Assembly: GCA_965222235.1 (NCBI GenBank)
Contig: OZ244939.1
Span: 557,942 to 621,941, forward strand
Direction of reading: 5' to 3'
DNA: 64,000 nt
Source: Minisyncoccota bacterium
GTDB taxonomy: Bacteria > Patescibacteriota > Minisyncoccia > Phycocordibacterales > JABAAK01
Part shown: piece after piece, positions 29,377 through 39,008 of the stretch
Layout: every line of letters begins with the position of its first letter
Position numbering within the stretch: the first letter of the stretch is position 1
Notes under the pieces: generated by a model
What the model was told of the DNA's origin: nothing
Databases searched by the model: none
Seen by the model: only the letters and a program-made list of their open reading frames with translations
Made by a program: the position numbers and the translations under genes

Positions 29377-30003
29377 CTGATGAATGTATGTCTGTTTCTA
29401 TGTGCCGTCTCGGTCTCCGTCTCGGTTATGACCTACGCCGCGAATACCGTTGAGTTTTCATTCACCATCAGCCCGGGACAGCTGACGGCTGATATCAGGA
29501 CGATCACCACTCAGAATTCCGTTGCCGCTCCCGAGGTCGCTTTCGGCAGCACAGCATTCAAAAGAGCGGACAATGCGGTGAGTGCGACGCTTCCGGCGAG
29601 CGGACAGGAGTTGTTCATTGATAATCAGGATGCGGCTGACAGCGGCTGGACGCTCACCATCGCCCCCGAGGGCGGCGGAGGCGGTACGAGTACCTGGGTC
29701 GGAGCGGACCACACACTGACAATCAACAGCGCAACCGGCGGACGGCTGACCATTAATCCCGGTGACGGTACACTCACCAGTTACAGTCCGACAAATGTGA
29801 CATGTAGCACGAGCGGTGTGTCCCTCGGAGGAGAGACCAGCTTTGTCTCAAATAATTCGGTGACCCTTCTCACGGCGGCGGGCGGAGCCGCTGATATTTG
29901 TCAGTACGGCATGACAGGCATCTCGATGGTGCAGCGGGTACCGGTGAATCAGCCGGCGGATAATTACTCAATTACCATGTCATTGACCGTTGCGGCGACC
30001 TAA
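29350..30003 (+). CDS. WxL-domain-like secreted surface protein (paralog 1)
   Basis: It has a signal peptide, then ...DSGWTLTIAP...TWVGA... (WxL-type motifs). It is about 45% identical to the 30129..30785 protein. The ORF track 29026..30003 extends upstream, and the start is taken at MKNTMY. Confidence 0.5.
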   Translation: MKNTMYITHLMNVCLFLCAVSVSVSVMTYAANTVEFSFTISPGQLTADIRTITTQNSVAAPEVAFGSTAFKRADNAVSATLPASGQELFIDNQDAADSGWTLTIAPEGGGGGTSTWVGADHTLTINSATGGRLTINPGDGTLTSYSPTNVTCSTSGVSLGGETSFVSNNSVTLLTAAGGAADICQYGMTGISMVQRVPVNQPADNYSITMSLTVAAT

Positions 30004-30128
30004 AAACGTTGAAAATATGCCACATAGTCCGATGTGGATAATTTTGTTGTAAAAAAAATTTCATGTTATAAAGATAGTATTGCCATGAAAGATTAATTCA
30101 TGGTTATTATAAGCTCCTTTATTGCTTT

Positions 30129-30785
30129 ATGATAAAATCGTTTACGTTAAAATCAATCAGTATCCCCGTCGCTGTAGTGTGCGGTATGTTTTCTTTATTA
30201 GCTGTCGTATACGCGGCGAACACGGTACAGTTTTCGCTGGTCATCAGTGCGGGTTCACTGACGGTTGATATTAGATCAACCGGCACCGGCGCATCCGTTG
30301 CCTCGCCGCAGATTGCATTTTCCAATCGTAATTTCAGTGCCGGTGGGCAGTCAGCAGCCGGCATCCTGCCGGCGATCGGACAGGAAATATTTGTTGACAA
30401 CCAGGACAGTGCCGATAGCGGGTGGACGCTTAGCATCGCGCCGACAGGGAGCGATCGCAACGCTACCTGGGTCGGTGCGAACGCAGCAACAAACACGTTG
30501 ACTATAAACAGCCCAACGGGCGGATTACTGACCGTTGACCCGTCTGCCGCAGTAATATCCAGTGTTAATCCGACCGGAGTGACGTGTAATACAGACGGAG
30601 TTTCTCGGGAATCATCTGCAAATTTCACCTCAGTTGATTCAATAACCCTGCTTACCGCAACCTCCGCCTCCGACGACATTTGTCAGTACACGTTGAGCCA
30701 AGTCGATCTTACCCAGACTATTCCCGCAAACCAGGCTGCCGATTCGTACTCACTCGGCATGACACTGACGACAACAGCTTCATAG
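30129..30785 (+). CDS. WxL-domain-like secreted surface protein (paralog 2)
   Basis: It has a signal peptide, DSGWTLSIAPTG, ATWVGAN and a conserved C-terminal DICQY motif shared with paralog 1. Confidence 0.5.
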   Translation: MIKSFTLKSISIPVAVVCGMFSLLAVVYAANTVQFSLVISAGSLTVDIRSTGTGASVASPQIAFSNRNFSAGGQSAAGILPAIGQEIFVDNQDSADSGWTLSIAPTGSDRNATWVGANAATNTLTINSPTGGLLTVDPSAAVISSVNPTGVTCNTDGVSRESSANFTSVDSITLLTATSASDDICQYTLSQVDLTQTIPANQAADSYSLGMTLTTTAS

Positions 30786-30817
30786 GAATCGGGAAAAGCG
30801 GGATACAATGAAGATAT

Positions 30818-31894
30818 ATGCCGATTTCTCTCCAAAGCTCATTAACGGTTAGTGCGGCAGCACTGCTATTGCTCACCGTCCTTACCGTTAATGCGGCGGG
30901 GGTCAGCGGCACCCCGGCATACCCGAGGCTGGAGAATAAGCGATCGTCATCAATATTCGTGCACACACTCAATCCGGACGAGCCCGTCAAGGACGGTGTC
31001 CTCATTTCAAACAATACTGACGAGCAGAAAACAATTAATGTATATGCGACGGATTCCGCGAAGTCAAGCGGCGGCGGATTTGCCTGCGCGCAGCGACTGC
31101 GGGAGTACAAAAAGGTTGGTACCTGGATCACTATGGAGCAGGATCAGGTGGTTCTTGAGCCCGATCACTATATCATCGTTGATTTCACCATTCAAATCCC
31201 CGGGGGAAATGACGAAGATGAACAGGAAGAAGATAGCGGGGAAGAAATCTTATCGGGAGAATACAACGGATGTATTGTCGTTGAGGAAGAAAAGGAACAG
31301 ACGAAGCAGGCCGGTGTTTCCATATCGTTCAGAAGCGCCACACGCGTTGCTATCACCATTTTGGGAGAACACAATGAACGGATTCTCAAAAATCCGGGGT
31401 TCAGTGTAACGAGCGGGGATGTTAGGTACACGGAAAAGGGGGAGAGTGAAAAGATACGGCTGAAAAGTTCCGTTGAGAACAAAGGAAATATTTCCGTTGA
31501 TACCAGGGCAATGCTGACGGTCAGAAATATGTTCGGCATGACTGTCTTTAAGAACGAGGTAACGTTCCCCGTGCTGCCGTCAAGCGAGAAGGAATGGTTT
31601 TTTGATATCCCGAAGCCGTTCCTCGGAGGAAAATACACGGCTGACCTCGCGTTTAACTATGACAGGGAAGGCACCGCGGTCGGCGAAAGCAGCAGCGCAG
31701 CAGATGAGGAGCTGCGGGCGCAGCAGACCGTCTTTTACACCTATCCTCATCCCGCTGCTGTTTTGATGTATGTCCTGCTGTTTATTCTGCTGCTGCTGCT
31801 CTTCGGTGTATACTGGTACTGCAGGAACTGCAGGAGAGGGTCCGCAAGGAGAAGAACGATGGGAAAGAAAGTGCGGTCGGTGCATAAAAAATGA
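30818..31894 (+). CDS. DUF916/DUF3324-like cell-surface protein with C-terminal TM anchor and basic tail (partner of WxL proteins)
   Basis: It has a signal peptide, a large beta-rich ectodomain, and a C-terminal VLMYVLLFILLLLLFGVYWYCRNCRRGSARRR anchor. The gene order matches csc-type WxL clusters. Confidence 0.45.
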   Translation: MPISLQSSLTVSAAALLLLTVLTVNAAGVSGTPAYPRLENKRSSSIFVHTLNPDEPVKDGVLISNNTDEQKTINVYATDSAKSSGGGFACAQRLREYKKVGTWITMEQDQVVLEPDHYIIVDFTIQIPGGNDEDEQEEDSGEEILSGEYNGCIVVEEEKEQTKQAGVSISFRSATRVAITILGEHNERILKNPGFSVTSGDVRYTEKGESEKIRLKSSVENKGNISVDTRAMLTVRNMFGMTVFKNEVTFPVLPSSEKEWFFDIPKPFLGGKYTADLAFNYDREGTAVGESSSAADEELRAQQTVFYTYPHPAAVLMYVLLFILLLLLFGVYWYCRNCRRGSARRRTMGKKVRSVHKK

Positions 31895-33036
31895 GACACA
31901 CACTACATATATGCTGCTCCGGGATACTCATCGCCCTGATGTTTGTCTCCTCGTCTGCGGTTCATGCAGCCGGCGGCGCGGTCTTCTCTCTCAATATTGA
32001 GCCGGTTGATACGGGTCCGGTCAACCCGCCACCTGTGGTTGTTGATCCTCCAGATCCGCCTGTGGTTGTTGATCCTCCAGATCCGCCTGTGGTTGTTGAT
32101 CCTCCAGATCCGCCTGTGGTTGTTGATCCTCCAGATCCGCCTGTTGAGCAGCCGCCACCGCGCCGGAGAAGGTCGGGCGGTGGCGGAGAGCGGGCCAATT
32201 CATTCCTCGTGTTCAACGAGGTGCCGTCGCAGGTGACAGATCCGACAGCGTCCGCCATTCGGGAATTGGATCATCCGGAGAATGTGTTCAGTCCGCTGCC
32301 CGATACGGTTGTCCGTCCGGTATTTACCGTTGATCCTTCACTTGATGCCGGTGATCCGTTCCGCGATTCGGAGGAATTCATCGATGTCGTCCGTTCAGGT
32401 GTGCCGTTTACTCCCGGAAAGATAAGTTTTTTGTTTGCCGGCGGGTTTGTATACTCGCTCAAAAGCATCTCCGCGGTTACGATTTTGTTAACGACTCAGG
32501 TGTCATTCTTCGCCGCCGCCGCCCGCATGATATACATATTCTTCTCCAGACCGAATCCGTTTAATATTCAGTATGTGCCGGGCCGGCTGCTGCGCGTGAT
32601 AATATTGCTGCTCAGCGTCGCACTGTTTTTCACCATAGTGCTATTCGCCGGGAAAAATCTCATACCTACGCAGGGAGGTGTTCCGACAAGCATCCGCATT
32701 GAGCAGCAACTCAACGCCGCTACCTCCGCCGTGTACCGCCTGTTTGATCGTGACGGTGTTCCGGTATTTGAGCGACAGTACGACATTTCCTCCGGGAATC
32801 TGCGGAACGGTCTGTACGCTGATATTGTGTTCCCGCTGCCTGAAACAGTGTCATACGGTCCGCATAGTCTGCAGATTTCTTTCCTGGATGGCGGTGAGGA
32901 GTATGTATCCGGTAAATATCATTTCATACTGATTCCGGAAACACTCCACGCATTCTTCAGAACATTTGCGCTGTATCCCGAAACGGAGCGGATAGGAATA
33001 CCGGTGAACAGGCGTGATATACTGCGGAGTATATGA
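31891..33036 (+). CDS. Proline-rich repeat protein with signal peptide and internal TM region
   Basis: (PPDPPVVVD)x4.5 is encoded by a 27-bp tandem repeat. There are hydrophobic segments mid-protein. Confidence 0.45.
   Translation: MRHTLHICCSGILIALMFVSSSAVHAAGGAVFSLNIEPVDTGPVNPPPVVVDPPDPPVVVDPPDPPVVVDPPDPPVVVDPPDPPVEQPPPRRRRSGGGGERANSFLVFNEVPSQVTDPTASAIRELDHPENVFSPLPDTVVRPVFTVDPSLDAGDPFRDSEEFIDVVRSGVPFTPGKISFLFAGGFVYSLKSISAVTILLTTQVSFFAAAARMIYIFFSRPNPFNIQYVPGRLLRVIILLLSVALFFTIVLFAGKNLIPTQGGVPTSIRIEQQLNAATSAVYRLFDRDGVPVFERQYDISSGNLRNGLYADIVFPLPETVSYGPHSLQISFLDGGEEYVSGKYHFILIPETLHAFFRTFALYPETERIGIPVNRRDILRSI
32028..32150 (+). repeat. 27-bp tandem repeat (gatcctccagatccgcctgtggttgtt) x ~4.5 within CDS
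   Basis: The repeat units are directly visible in the sequence. Confidence 0.85.
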
Positions 33037-33692
33037 TTGAAGGAGCCATTTTTATCATCATCATTATGCTCTCCGTGATTCTGCACGAGGTTGGGCACGG
33101 ATATTCGGCATACCTGCTCGGCGATCCGACCGCAAAAAACGAAGGCCGGCTGACGCTGAATCCGGTGCCGCATATTGATCTGTTCGGTACGGTGCTCCTC
33201 CCCGCCTTTCTCCTGTTTTTCAGCAACTTTATCTTCGGTTGGGCGAAACCGGTGCCGTACAATCCGTACAATCTGCGCGGAAGATTCGCCGAGGTGATCG
33301 TCGCGGCGGCCGGACCGCTCACCAATGTCGGCATTGCCGTTGTCGCCGCGGGCGTCATCAGGTTCTGGAGCGGCATGCCTGAGCCGTTCGCCGCACTGCT
33401 CCTCACTGTTATTTTCATAAATCTCTTTTTGGCGTTGCTGAACCTTCTTCCCATACCTCCGCTGGACGGCGCGAAAATTGTCTCATCCCTGCTGCCGGCA
33501 AGATGTCGTCTGATGCTGGAGCGGCGGTTTGAGCCGTTCCTGCACATGAACAACATCGCGCTCACCATCCTCACACTCATCCTCATCGCGTTCTTCCTAC
33601 TCGGGCCTATCAGCTCGGCGGTGAATGCCATGACCGCGTTCCTGGTGAACACCCATGTCCCCGCAGCGGTCGGCACGGTTGAGTCCGCATAG
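33033..33692 (+). CDS. Site-2 protease family zinc metallopeptidase (M50)
   Basis: HEVGHGY (HExxH) in a TM helix plus [12 protein letters not shown] (the second Zn ligand motif). Confidence 0.75.
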   Translation: MIEGAIFIIIIMLSVILHEVGHGYSAYLLGDPTAKNEGRLTLNPVPHIDLFGTVLLPAFLLFFSNFIFGWAKPVPYNPYNLRGRFAEVIVAAAGPLTNVGIAVVAAGVIRFWSGMPEPFAALLLTVIFINLFLALLNLLPIPPLDGAKIVSSLLPARCRLMLERRFEPFLHMNNIALTILTLILIAFFLLGPISSAVNAMTAFLVNTHVPAAVGTVESA

Positions 33693-33739
33693 AGCCGTCT
33701 TGCAAAAAACACCGGATATATGCTACGTTGTTTATATAT

Positions 33740-34153
33740 ATGCCGACAATCAATCAGCTGACCAGAAAGAAACGGCTGCAAAGGCCTAAGAAAACCAAAA
33801 CCGCGGCATTGCGGCAGGGGTTCAATGCGGGCACCAACCGTACCACCTATTACTTCTCGCCGTTCAAGCGGGGCGTGTGCACGAAGGTGGGCACGAGAAA
33901 TCCGAGAAAGCCGAACTCGGCCATGAGAAAGATTGCCCGCGTCCGCCTGACCAACGGTATGGAGATTACAGCATACATTCCCGGAGAAGGGCACAACCTC
34001 CAGGAACACTCGGTGGTGCTCGTCCGCGGCGGCAGGGTGAAAGACATCGGTGTGAACTACACCATTGTGCGCGGCAAGCTGAACACAGACGGCGTCGCCG
34101 ATCGCAAGCGAGCGCGGAGCCGGTACGGCACGAAGAGACCGAAAGCGGCATAA
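33740..34153 (+). CDS. rpsL: 30S ribosomal protein S12
   Basis: [10 protein letters not shown]...[30 protein letters not shown]...[21 protein letters not shown]. Confidence 0.95.
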   Translation: MPTINQLTRKKRLQRPKKTKTAALRQGFNAGTNRTTYYFSPFKRGVCTKVGTRNPRKPNSAMRKIARVRLTNGMEITAYIPGEGHNLQEHSVVLVRGGRVKDIGVNYTIVRGKLNTDGVADRKRARSRYGTKRPKAA

Positions 34154-34162
34154 CATACATAT

Positions 34163-34630
34163 ATGAGACGACCGCTGAAAAAAAAGAGAACACTGGGCCA
34201 GGATATGAAATACAATTCCGTAAAAGTTGAGCGGCTCATCAACTATGTCATGAAGCGCGGCAAGAAAAACACTGCGAGAAAAATTGTGTATCAGGCATTT
34301 GACGAGATACAGAAGATGGAGGATAAGGATCCGATGCTCGTGTTTGAGGAGGCGCTGCAGAAGGTCGGACCGCTGATGGAGCTGCGGTCAAGACGGGTCG
34401 GCGGCGCAAACTATCAGATACCGCAGGAGGTCTCCATTGACCGCCACCTCGTTCTCGCACTCCGCTGGATTCTGCGCGCGGCGAAGGACCGAAAGGGCGC
34501 GCCTATGCATCAGCGGCTCGCACGGGAAATCGTTGACGCGAGCAAGAATGAGGGGGCGGCCGTTGTGCGGCGTGAGAACACGCAGAAGATGGCGGAGGCA
34601 AACCGCGCATTCGCGCATCTTGCGTGGTAG
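34163..34630 (+). CDS. rpsG: 30S ribosomal protein S7
   Basis: Conserved S7 sequence. Gene order rpsL-rpsG-fusA. Confidence 0.93.
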   Translation: MRRPLKKKRTLGQDMKYNSVKVERLINYVMKRGKKNTARKIVYQAFDEIQKMEDKDPMLVFEEALQKVGPLMELRSRRVGGANYQIPQEVSIDRHLVLALRWILRAAKDRKGAPMHQRLAREIVDASKNEGAAVVRRENTQKMAEANRAFAHLAW

Positions 34631-34654
34631 TAGCGCTGGTATACTGAAAAGCAT

Positions 34655-36820
34655 ATGTCGCAAACACGGGATTATCCATTAGAAAAGGTACGAAACTTCG
34701 GTATTATCGCACATATTGACGCCGGCAAAACAACGACCACCGAGCGTGTTCTCTTCTATACCGGTGTTTCCCACAAGATCGGCGAGGTGCACGAGGGCGC
34801 CGCGGTAATGGACTGGATGGAGCAGGAACGGGAGCGCGGCATCACCATCACCTCCGCGGCGACAACCTGTTTCTGGGTGCCGACACAGTACAAAGGAGAC
34901 AGGGCACACAGCTATCAGTTCAATATCATAGACACACCGGGGCATGTGGACTTCACCGCGGAAGTTGAGCGGTCGCTCAAGGTGCTTGACGGCGGCGTTG
35001 TCGTCTTTGACGGTGTCGCCGGCGTGGAGCCGCAGTCCGAGACAGTGTGGCGGCAGGCGGACAAGTACCGCGTGCCGAGAATCTGTTTTATCAACAAACT
35101 GGACAGGACAGGCGCAAGCTTTCAGGGGTCATTTGAAAGTATCCTCAGCCGTCTTACACCGAACGCCTTCTGCATGCAGCTGCCGATCGGCGGGGAGGAT
35201 AAGCTGAAGGGCATCGTTGATCTGCTCACCATGCGGGCGCACTACTTTGAGGGCGACATGGGATCGGTCATTCGCGAGGATGATATTCCCGAGGATATGA
35301 AGGCGGACGCGGAAGAAGCCCGCGCTCATCTTATCGAAAAGGTGGCGGATGCTGACGATGCAATCGCGGAGAAGTATCTCGGCGGCGAGGATTTGTCCGT
35401 TGAGGAGCTGCAGCGGGCAATTCGCGCCGGCACTATCAAAAACAGGCTATTTCCGGTTTTCACGGGATCCGCACTCAAAAACACCGGGGTGCAGCTGGTG
35501 CTTGACGCGGTAGTCGCCTATCTGCCGGCTCCGACGGATATACCGCCGGTTACGGGAACGCATCCGAAAGATGAGAGTGTGAAGCTTGAGCGGAAGGCGT
35601 CGGATGACGAGCCGTTCGCCGCGCTGGTGTTCAAGCTGCAGACGGATCCGTTCGTCGGCCAGCTGGCGTTCTTCCGGGTGTACTCGGGAATACTCAACGC
35701 CGGCTCATATATATACAACGCGCGGACACAGTCCAAGGAGCGGATCGGGAGAATCGTGCGGCTGCACGCCGATGAGCGCGAGGAGGTAAAAACGGTCTAT
35801 GCCGGTGAGATAGCGGCGGCGGTCGGACTGAAGGAGGCAAAGACATCCGATACGCTCTGTGACGAAAAAGAGCCCATTGAGCTGGAAAAAATCATATTCC
35901 CCGAGCCGGTGATTCAGTTGCGCATTGAGCCGAAGACGAGAGCCGACCAGGAAAAAATGGGCGTCGCGCTCTCCAAGCTCGCCGATGAGGATCCGACATT
36001 CCGCGTCTACACCGACGCTGAGACGGTGGAGACCATCATCGCCGGCATGGGCGAGCTGCATCTTGATATCATTGTCGACCGCATGAAGCGGGAGTTCAAT
36101 GTGGAGGCGAATGTCGGTCAGCCGCAGGTCGCGTATCGCGAGACACTGCGCAGCGAGGCGGATGTGGAGGAGAAATATATCAAACAGACCGGAGGCCGCG
36201 GGCAGTACGGCCATGTGAAGATGAAGGTGATGCCGATGCCGGAGATGACAGAGGAGGAAATTGCCGGTCTGCCGAAGAATGTGAAGCACACGCCGACATT
36301 CATGTTTACAAACAGCATCAAAGGAGGCGTTATCCCTCAGGAATACATTCCCGCGGTGGAGAAAGGAATCAAAGAGGCGATGAACCGTGGCGTCTACGCG
36401 GGGTACCCCATGGTTAATATCGCGGTTAATCTCTACGACGGCTCATACCACGAAGTTGACTCGTCGGAAATTGCGTTCAAAATCGCGGCGTCGCTGGCAT
36501 TTCAGGAGGGCTCAAGGAGGGCGAACCCCACGCTGCTTGAACCGATGATGAGCGTGGAAGTTATCGTTCCCGAGGAGAATATGGGCGATGTGAACGGCGA
36601 TCTCTCATCCCGACGCGGGCAGGTGGAAGGTATGGAGGACAGGGGCATGCTCAAGGCGATACGGGCGAAAGTGCCGCTCGCCGAGCTCTTCGGCTACACG
36701 ACGAACCTCCGTTCCATTACCGGCGGACGGGGGACATCAACCATGGAGTTTTCACACTATGCCGAAGTGCCGCAGAATGTCGCGGAGGAGGTTATCAAAA
36801 AGCGGACGGGGCGGGGATAG
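34655..36820 (+). CDS. fusA: Elongation factor G
   Basis: [28 protein letters not shown] and the full five-domain length (721 aa). Confidence 0.95.
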   Translation: MSQTRDYPLEKVRNFGIIAHIDAGKTTTTERVLFYTGVSHKIGEVHEGAAVMDWMEQERERGITITSAATTCFWVPTQYKGDRAHSYQFNIIDTPGHVDFTAEVERSLKVLDGGVVVFDGVAGVEPQSETVWRQADKYRVPRICFINKLDRTGASFQGSFESILSRLTPNAFCMQLPIGGEDKLKGIVDLLTMRAHYFEGDMGSVIREDDIPEDMKADAEEARAHLIEKVADADDAIAEKYLGGEDLSVEELQRAIRAGTIKNRLFPVFTGSALKNTGVQLVLDAVVAYLPAPTDIPPVTGTHPKDESVKLERKASDDEPFAALVFKLQTDPFVGQLAFFRVYSGILNAGSYIYNARTQSKERIGRIVRLHADEREEVKTVYAGEIAAAVGLKEAKTSDTLCDEKEPIELEKIIFPEPVIQLRIEPKTRADQEKMGVALSKLADEDPTFRVYTDAETVETIIAGMGELHLDIIVDRMKREFNVEANVGQPQVAYRETLRSEADVEEKYIKQTGGRGQYGHVKMKVMPMPEMTEEEIAGLPKNVKHTPTFMFTNSIKGGVIPQEYIPAVEKGIKEAMNRGVYAGYPMVNIAVNLYDGSYHEVDSSEIAFKIAASLAFQEGSRRANPTLLEPMMSVEVIVPEENMGDVNGDLSSRRGQVEGMEDRGMLKAIRAKVPLAELFGYTTNLRSITGGRGTSTMEFSHYAEVPQNVAEEVIKKRTGRG

Positions 36821-36827
36821 AAATCCG

Positions 36828-37553
36828 TTACAGCACTCCGATAAAGAATGAGCCGACAAAGAAAGCGACGGCGCCCGCGACAGTACCGACGAAAAGAACT
36901 TCGGCAACAGCGCGTACCGTGTGCTCTTTGGTGACGGAGCTGCGCACGATGCCGAGTACGGTAAGTGCGGCACCGGCACCGAGCACTGACAGGAAAAATG
37001 CATGTTCCGGCGAATCAGTATATATGAAGGGAATAATGGGGATACATCCGAATGCAACAAACGCCACGAACATATAGATTGATTTTTTTATTATCCCCTC
37101 ATCCGCAATCGGCAGCAGATACAGTTTCTCCCGCAGCAGGAAAGAAACCCAGTAGGTGTTGTTTCTGCTGTACGCGTCGGCGACCGTCGCAGCGTCCTTC
37201 CCGGAGAACCCCCGACGCCGTAGCAGGCGGACCGTTTCCTCGGTGCTCCGCGCGGCATTCTGCCGTACCGTATTCAGTTCCTTGTCCCGCGACAGCATAT
37301 ACAGTTTCTTTTCCGAACGCAGTGAAAGAAAATTCCCGAACCCCATTGATACGCCGTCCGCGAACAGGTTGGCGAGGCCGAACAGCACCACCACGCCGAC
37401 CGACAGAGACAGTACCGTCTCGGCGTTCAGATGCGCGCCCGAGAAGCCGGAGACGACGGCGAATGTGGTGACAATGCCGTCAATGCCGCCGTACACGATT
37501 TCACGGATCGCCGGCGGATTGGCGTGTGCAATCTCGGGTGTTTCTTGATTCAT
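36828..37553 (-). CDS. VIT1/CCC1-family (DUF125) iron/manganese transporter
   Basis: REIVYGGIDGIVTTFAVVSG plus a C-terminal TM bundle. The ORF track extends to 37679, and the likely start is MNQETPE. Confidence 0.6.
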   Translation of the reverse strand: MNQETPEIAHANPPAIREIVYGGIDGIVTTFAVVSGFSGAHLNAETVLSLSVGVVVLFGLANLFADGVSMGFGNFLSLRSEKKLYMLSRDKELNTVRQNAARSTEETVRLLRRRGFSGKDAATVADAYSRNNTYWVSFLLREKLYLLPIADEGIIKKSIYMFVAFVAFGCIPIIPFIYTDSPEHAFFLSVLGAGAALTVLGIVRSSVTKEHTVRAVAEVLFVGTVAGAVAFFVGSFFIGVL

Positions 37554-37623
37554 ATATATAACAGGTATATCATACCGGGCGTAGGGCGAATGTGGTACCA
37601 TACCCCCGGCAGTAACATACAAT

Positions 37624-37986
37624 ATGAATGAAATGCAAAAAACGGAGCAATATATTTCCCACCATGTACTTTCCGTCATGGCGCTTGATAAAAAGATATT
37701 CTATGTCTGCATCGGGCTGGGGGGTGCCGTCATCTGGCTCTGTGTGTTCAAAACGGGATTCGTCGCTAAGCCGCTGTTGCTGGTTTTTTTCTCTGTTGTT
37801 TCACTGACATTCGTGCTCACCGCCGTGTCGGTGCTGCTCAATCTCTCGGCATACAGAAAGGAGAAAGAGGCGGGGCGGGTATCCGCGAAACGCGACGGAT
37901 TCATAACAGCAGTCCGCTCCCTGTATATCATCGGCATCATCGCGTCGCTGGTGCTCGCGATACTGATTTACGCGTTTAATATTTAA
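37624..37986 (+). CDS. Hypothetical small membrane protein
   Basis: A 120-aa ORF with three hydrophobic helices. Confidence 0.3.
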   Translation: MNEMQKTEQYISHHVLSVMALDKKIFYVCIGLGGAVIWLCVFKTGFVAKPLLLVFFSVVSLTFVLTAVSVLLNLSAYRKEKEAGRVSAKRDGFITAVRSLYIIGIIASLVLAILIYAFNI

Positions 37987-38084
37987 TATCGCTGCCGGTG
38001 CATGTTGATATATTCCCGGCGACGGGGCACACTGTTCTGCGGAGCACGACTCCGTATGCATACCAATAAGGGAGGCAGGTTCTG

Positions 38085-38753
38085 ATGAATGAAGAACATA
38101 TCGCGATTTCCGTTCTTGAAGACATCGGCGCGGTAATTACTGGCCATTTTGTCTATCGATCCGGCAAACACGGCATGATGTATCTCAACAAAGACATCGT
38201 TTCCGTATATCTGGACGAACTGTCGCTGTTGTGCCGGTCCGTCTCCGGTCATTTTGCGTCCGCCGATGTGGAGGTGGTTGTCGCTCCGGCGGTCGGGGGA
38301 GTAGCACTCTCCCAGATGGTCGCCGTTCACCTCAATGGTATGGGATCGCGCAGGGTGTACAGCATCTATGCCGAAAAATGTCATGGGGAGCATGACGAAC
38401 CTCTGGTGATAAAGCACCGGTTCCACACCTTTCGGTTCAGGAGTGCACACAGGTCCCTTATCGCCGGCAGAAAAGTGCTCGTAGTTGAGGATGTGCTCAC
38501 CACCGGCGGCTCTGCGCGGAAAGTGGTCAGTCTGGTGCGGGCACACGGCGGCGATGTCGTCGGTCTCGGTGCCATTCTTAACCGCGGCAAAGTCACTGCG
38601 CAGGTTGTCGGCGTTCCCGAGCTCTACGCCGTTATCACGATGAAATCGGATCAGTGGGATATGTGGGATGCGGAGGAGTGTCCGCTCTGCAGGCAGGATG
38701 TGCCGGTCAATACAGATGTCGGCTACGGACAGGAGTTTCTTTCATCCCGGTAG
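38085..38753 (+). CDS. Type I phosphoribosyltransferase (orotate phosphoribosyltransferase-like)
   Basis: The PRPP-binding motif KVLVVEDVLTTGGS, with GGDVVGLGAIL after it. Confidence 0.55.
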   Translation: MNEEHIAISVLEDIGAVITGHFVYRSGKHGMMYLNKDIVSVYLDELSLLCRSVSGHFASADVEVVVAPAVGGVALSQMVAVHLNGMGSRRVYSIYAEKCHGEHDEPLVIKHRFHTFRFRSAHRSLIAGRKVLVVEDVLTTGGSARKVVSLVRAHGGDVVGLGAILNRGKVTAQVVGVPELYAVITMKSDQWDMWDAEECPLCRQDVPVNTDVGYGQEFLSSR

Positions 38754-39008
38754 AAAAATCCGTAACAGTATTCCGACTCGCCGCTCCTGTGCGGCGGGTC
38801 TTTTTCTTGCGACAGGTGGGCGTGAAACATATCACACCACCTCCGGAGATGTGCTGTAATAGGATTCAGATGACATAGGGATGGTTGGTGATATAGGGGT
38901 GTTATTACGTGTGACGGGTATAATGTGGAAATCATAGGTGGGCGGGGGGGGGGGTAGTATATACTATAATCGTAGTCGTGGTTTATGAATATTTTTTCTT
39001 ATTCATGA

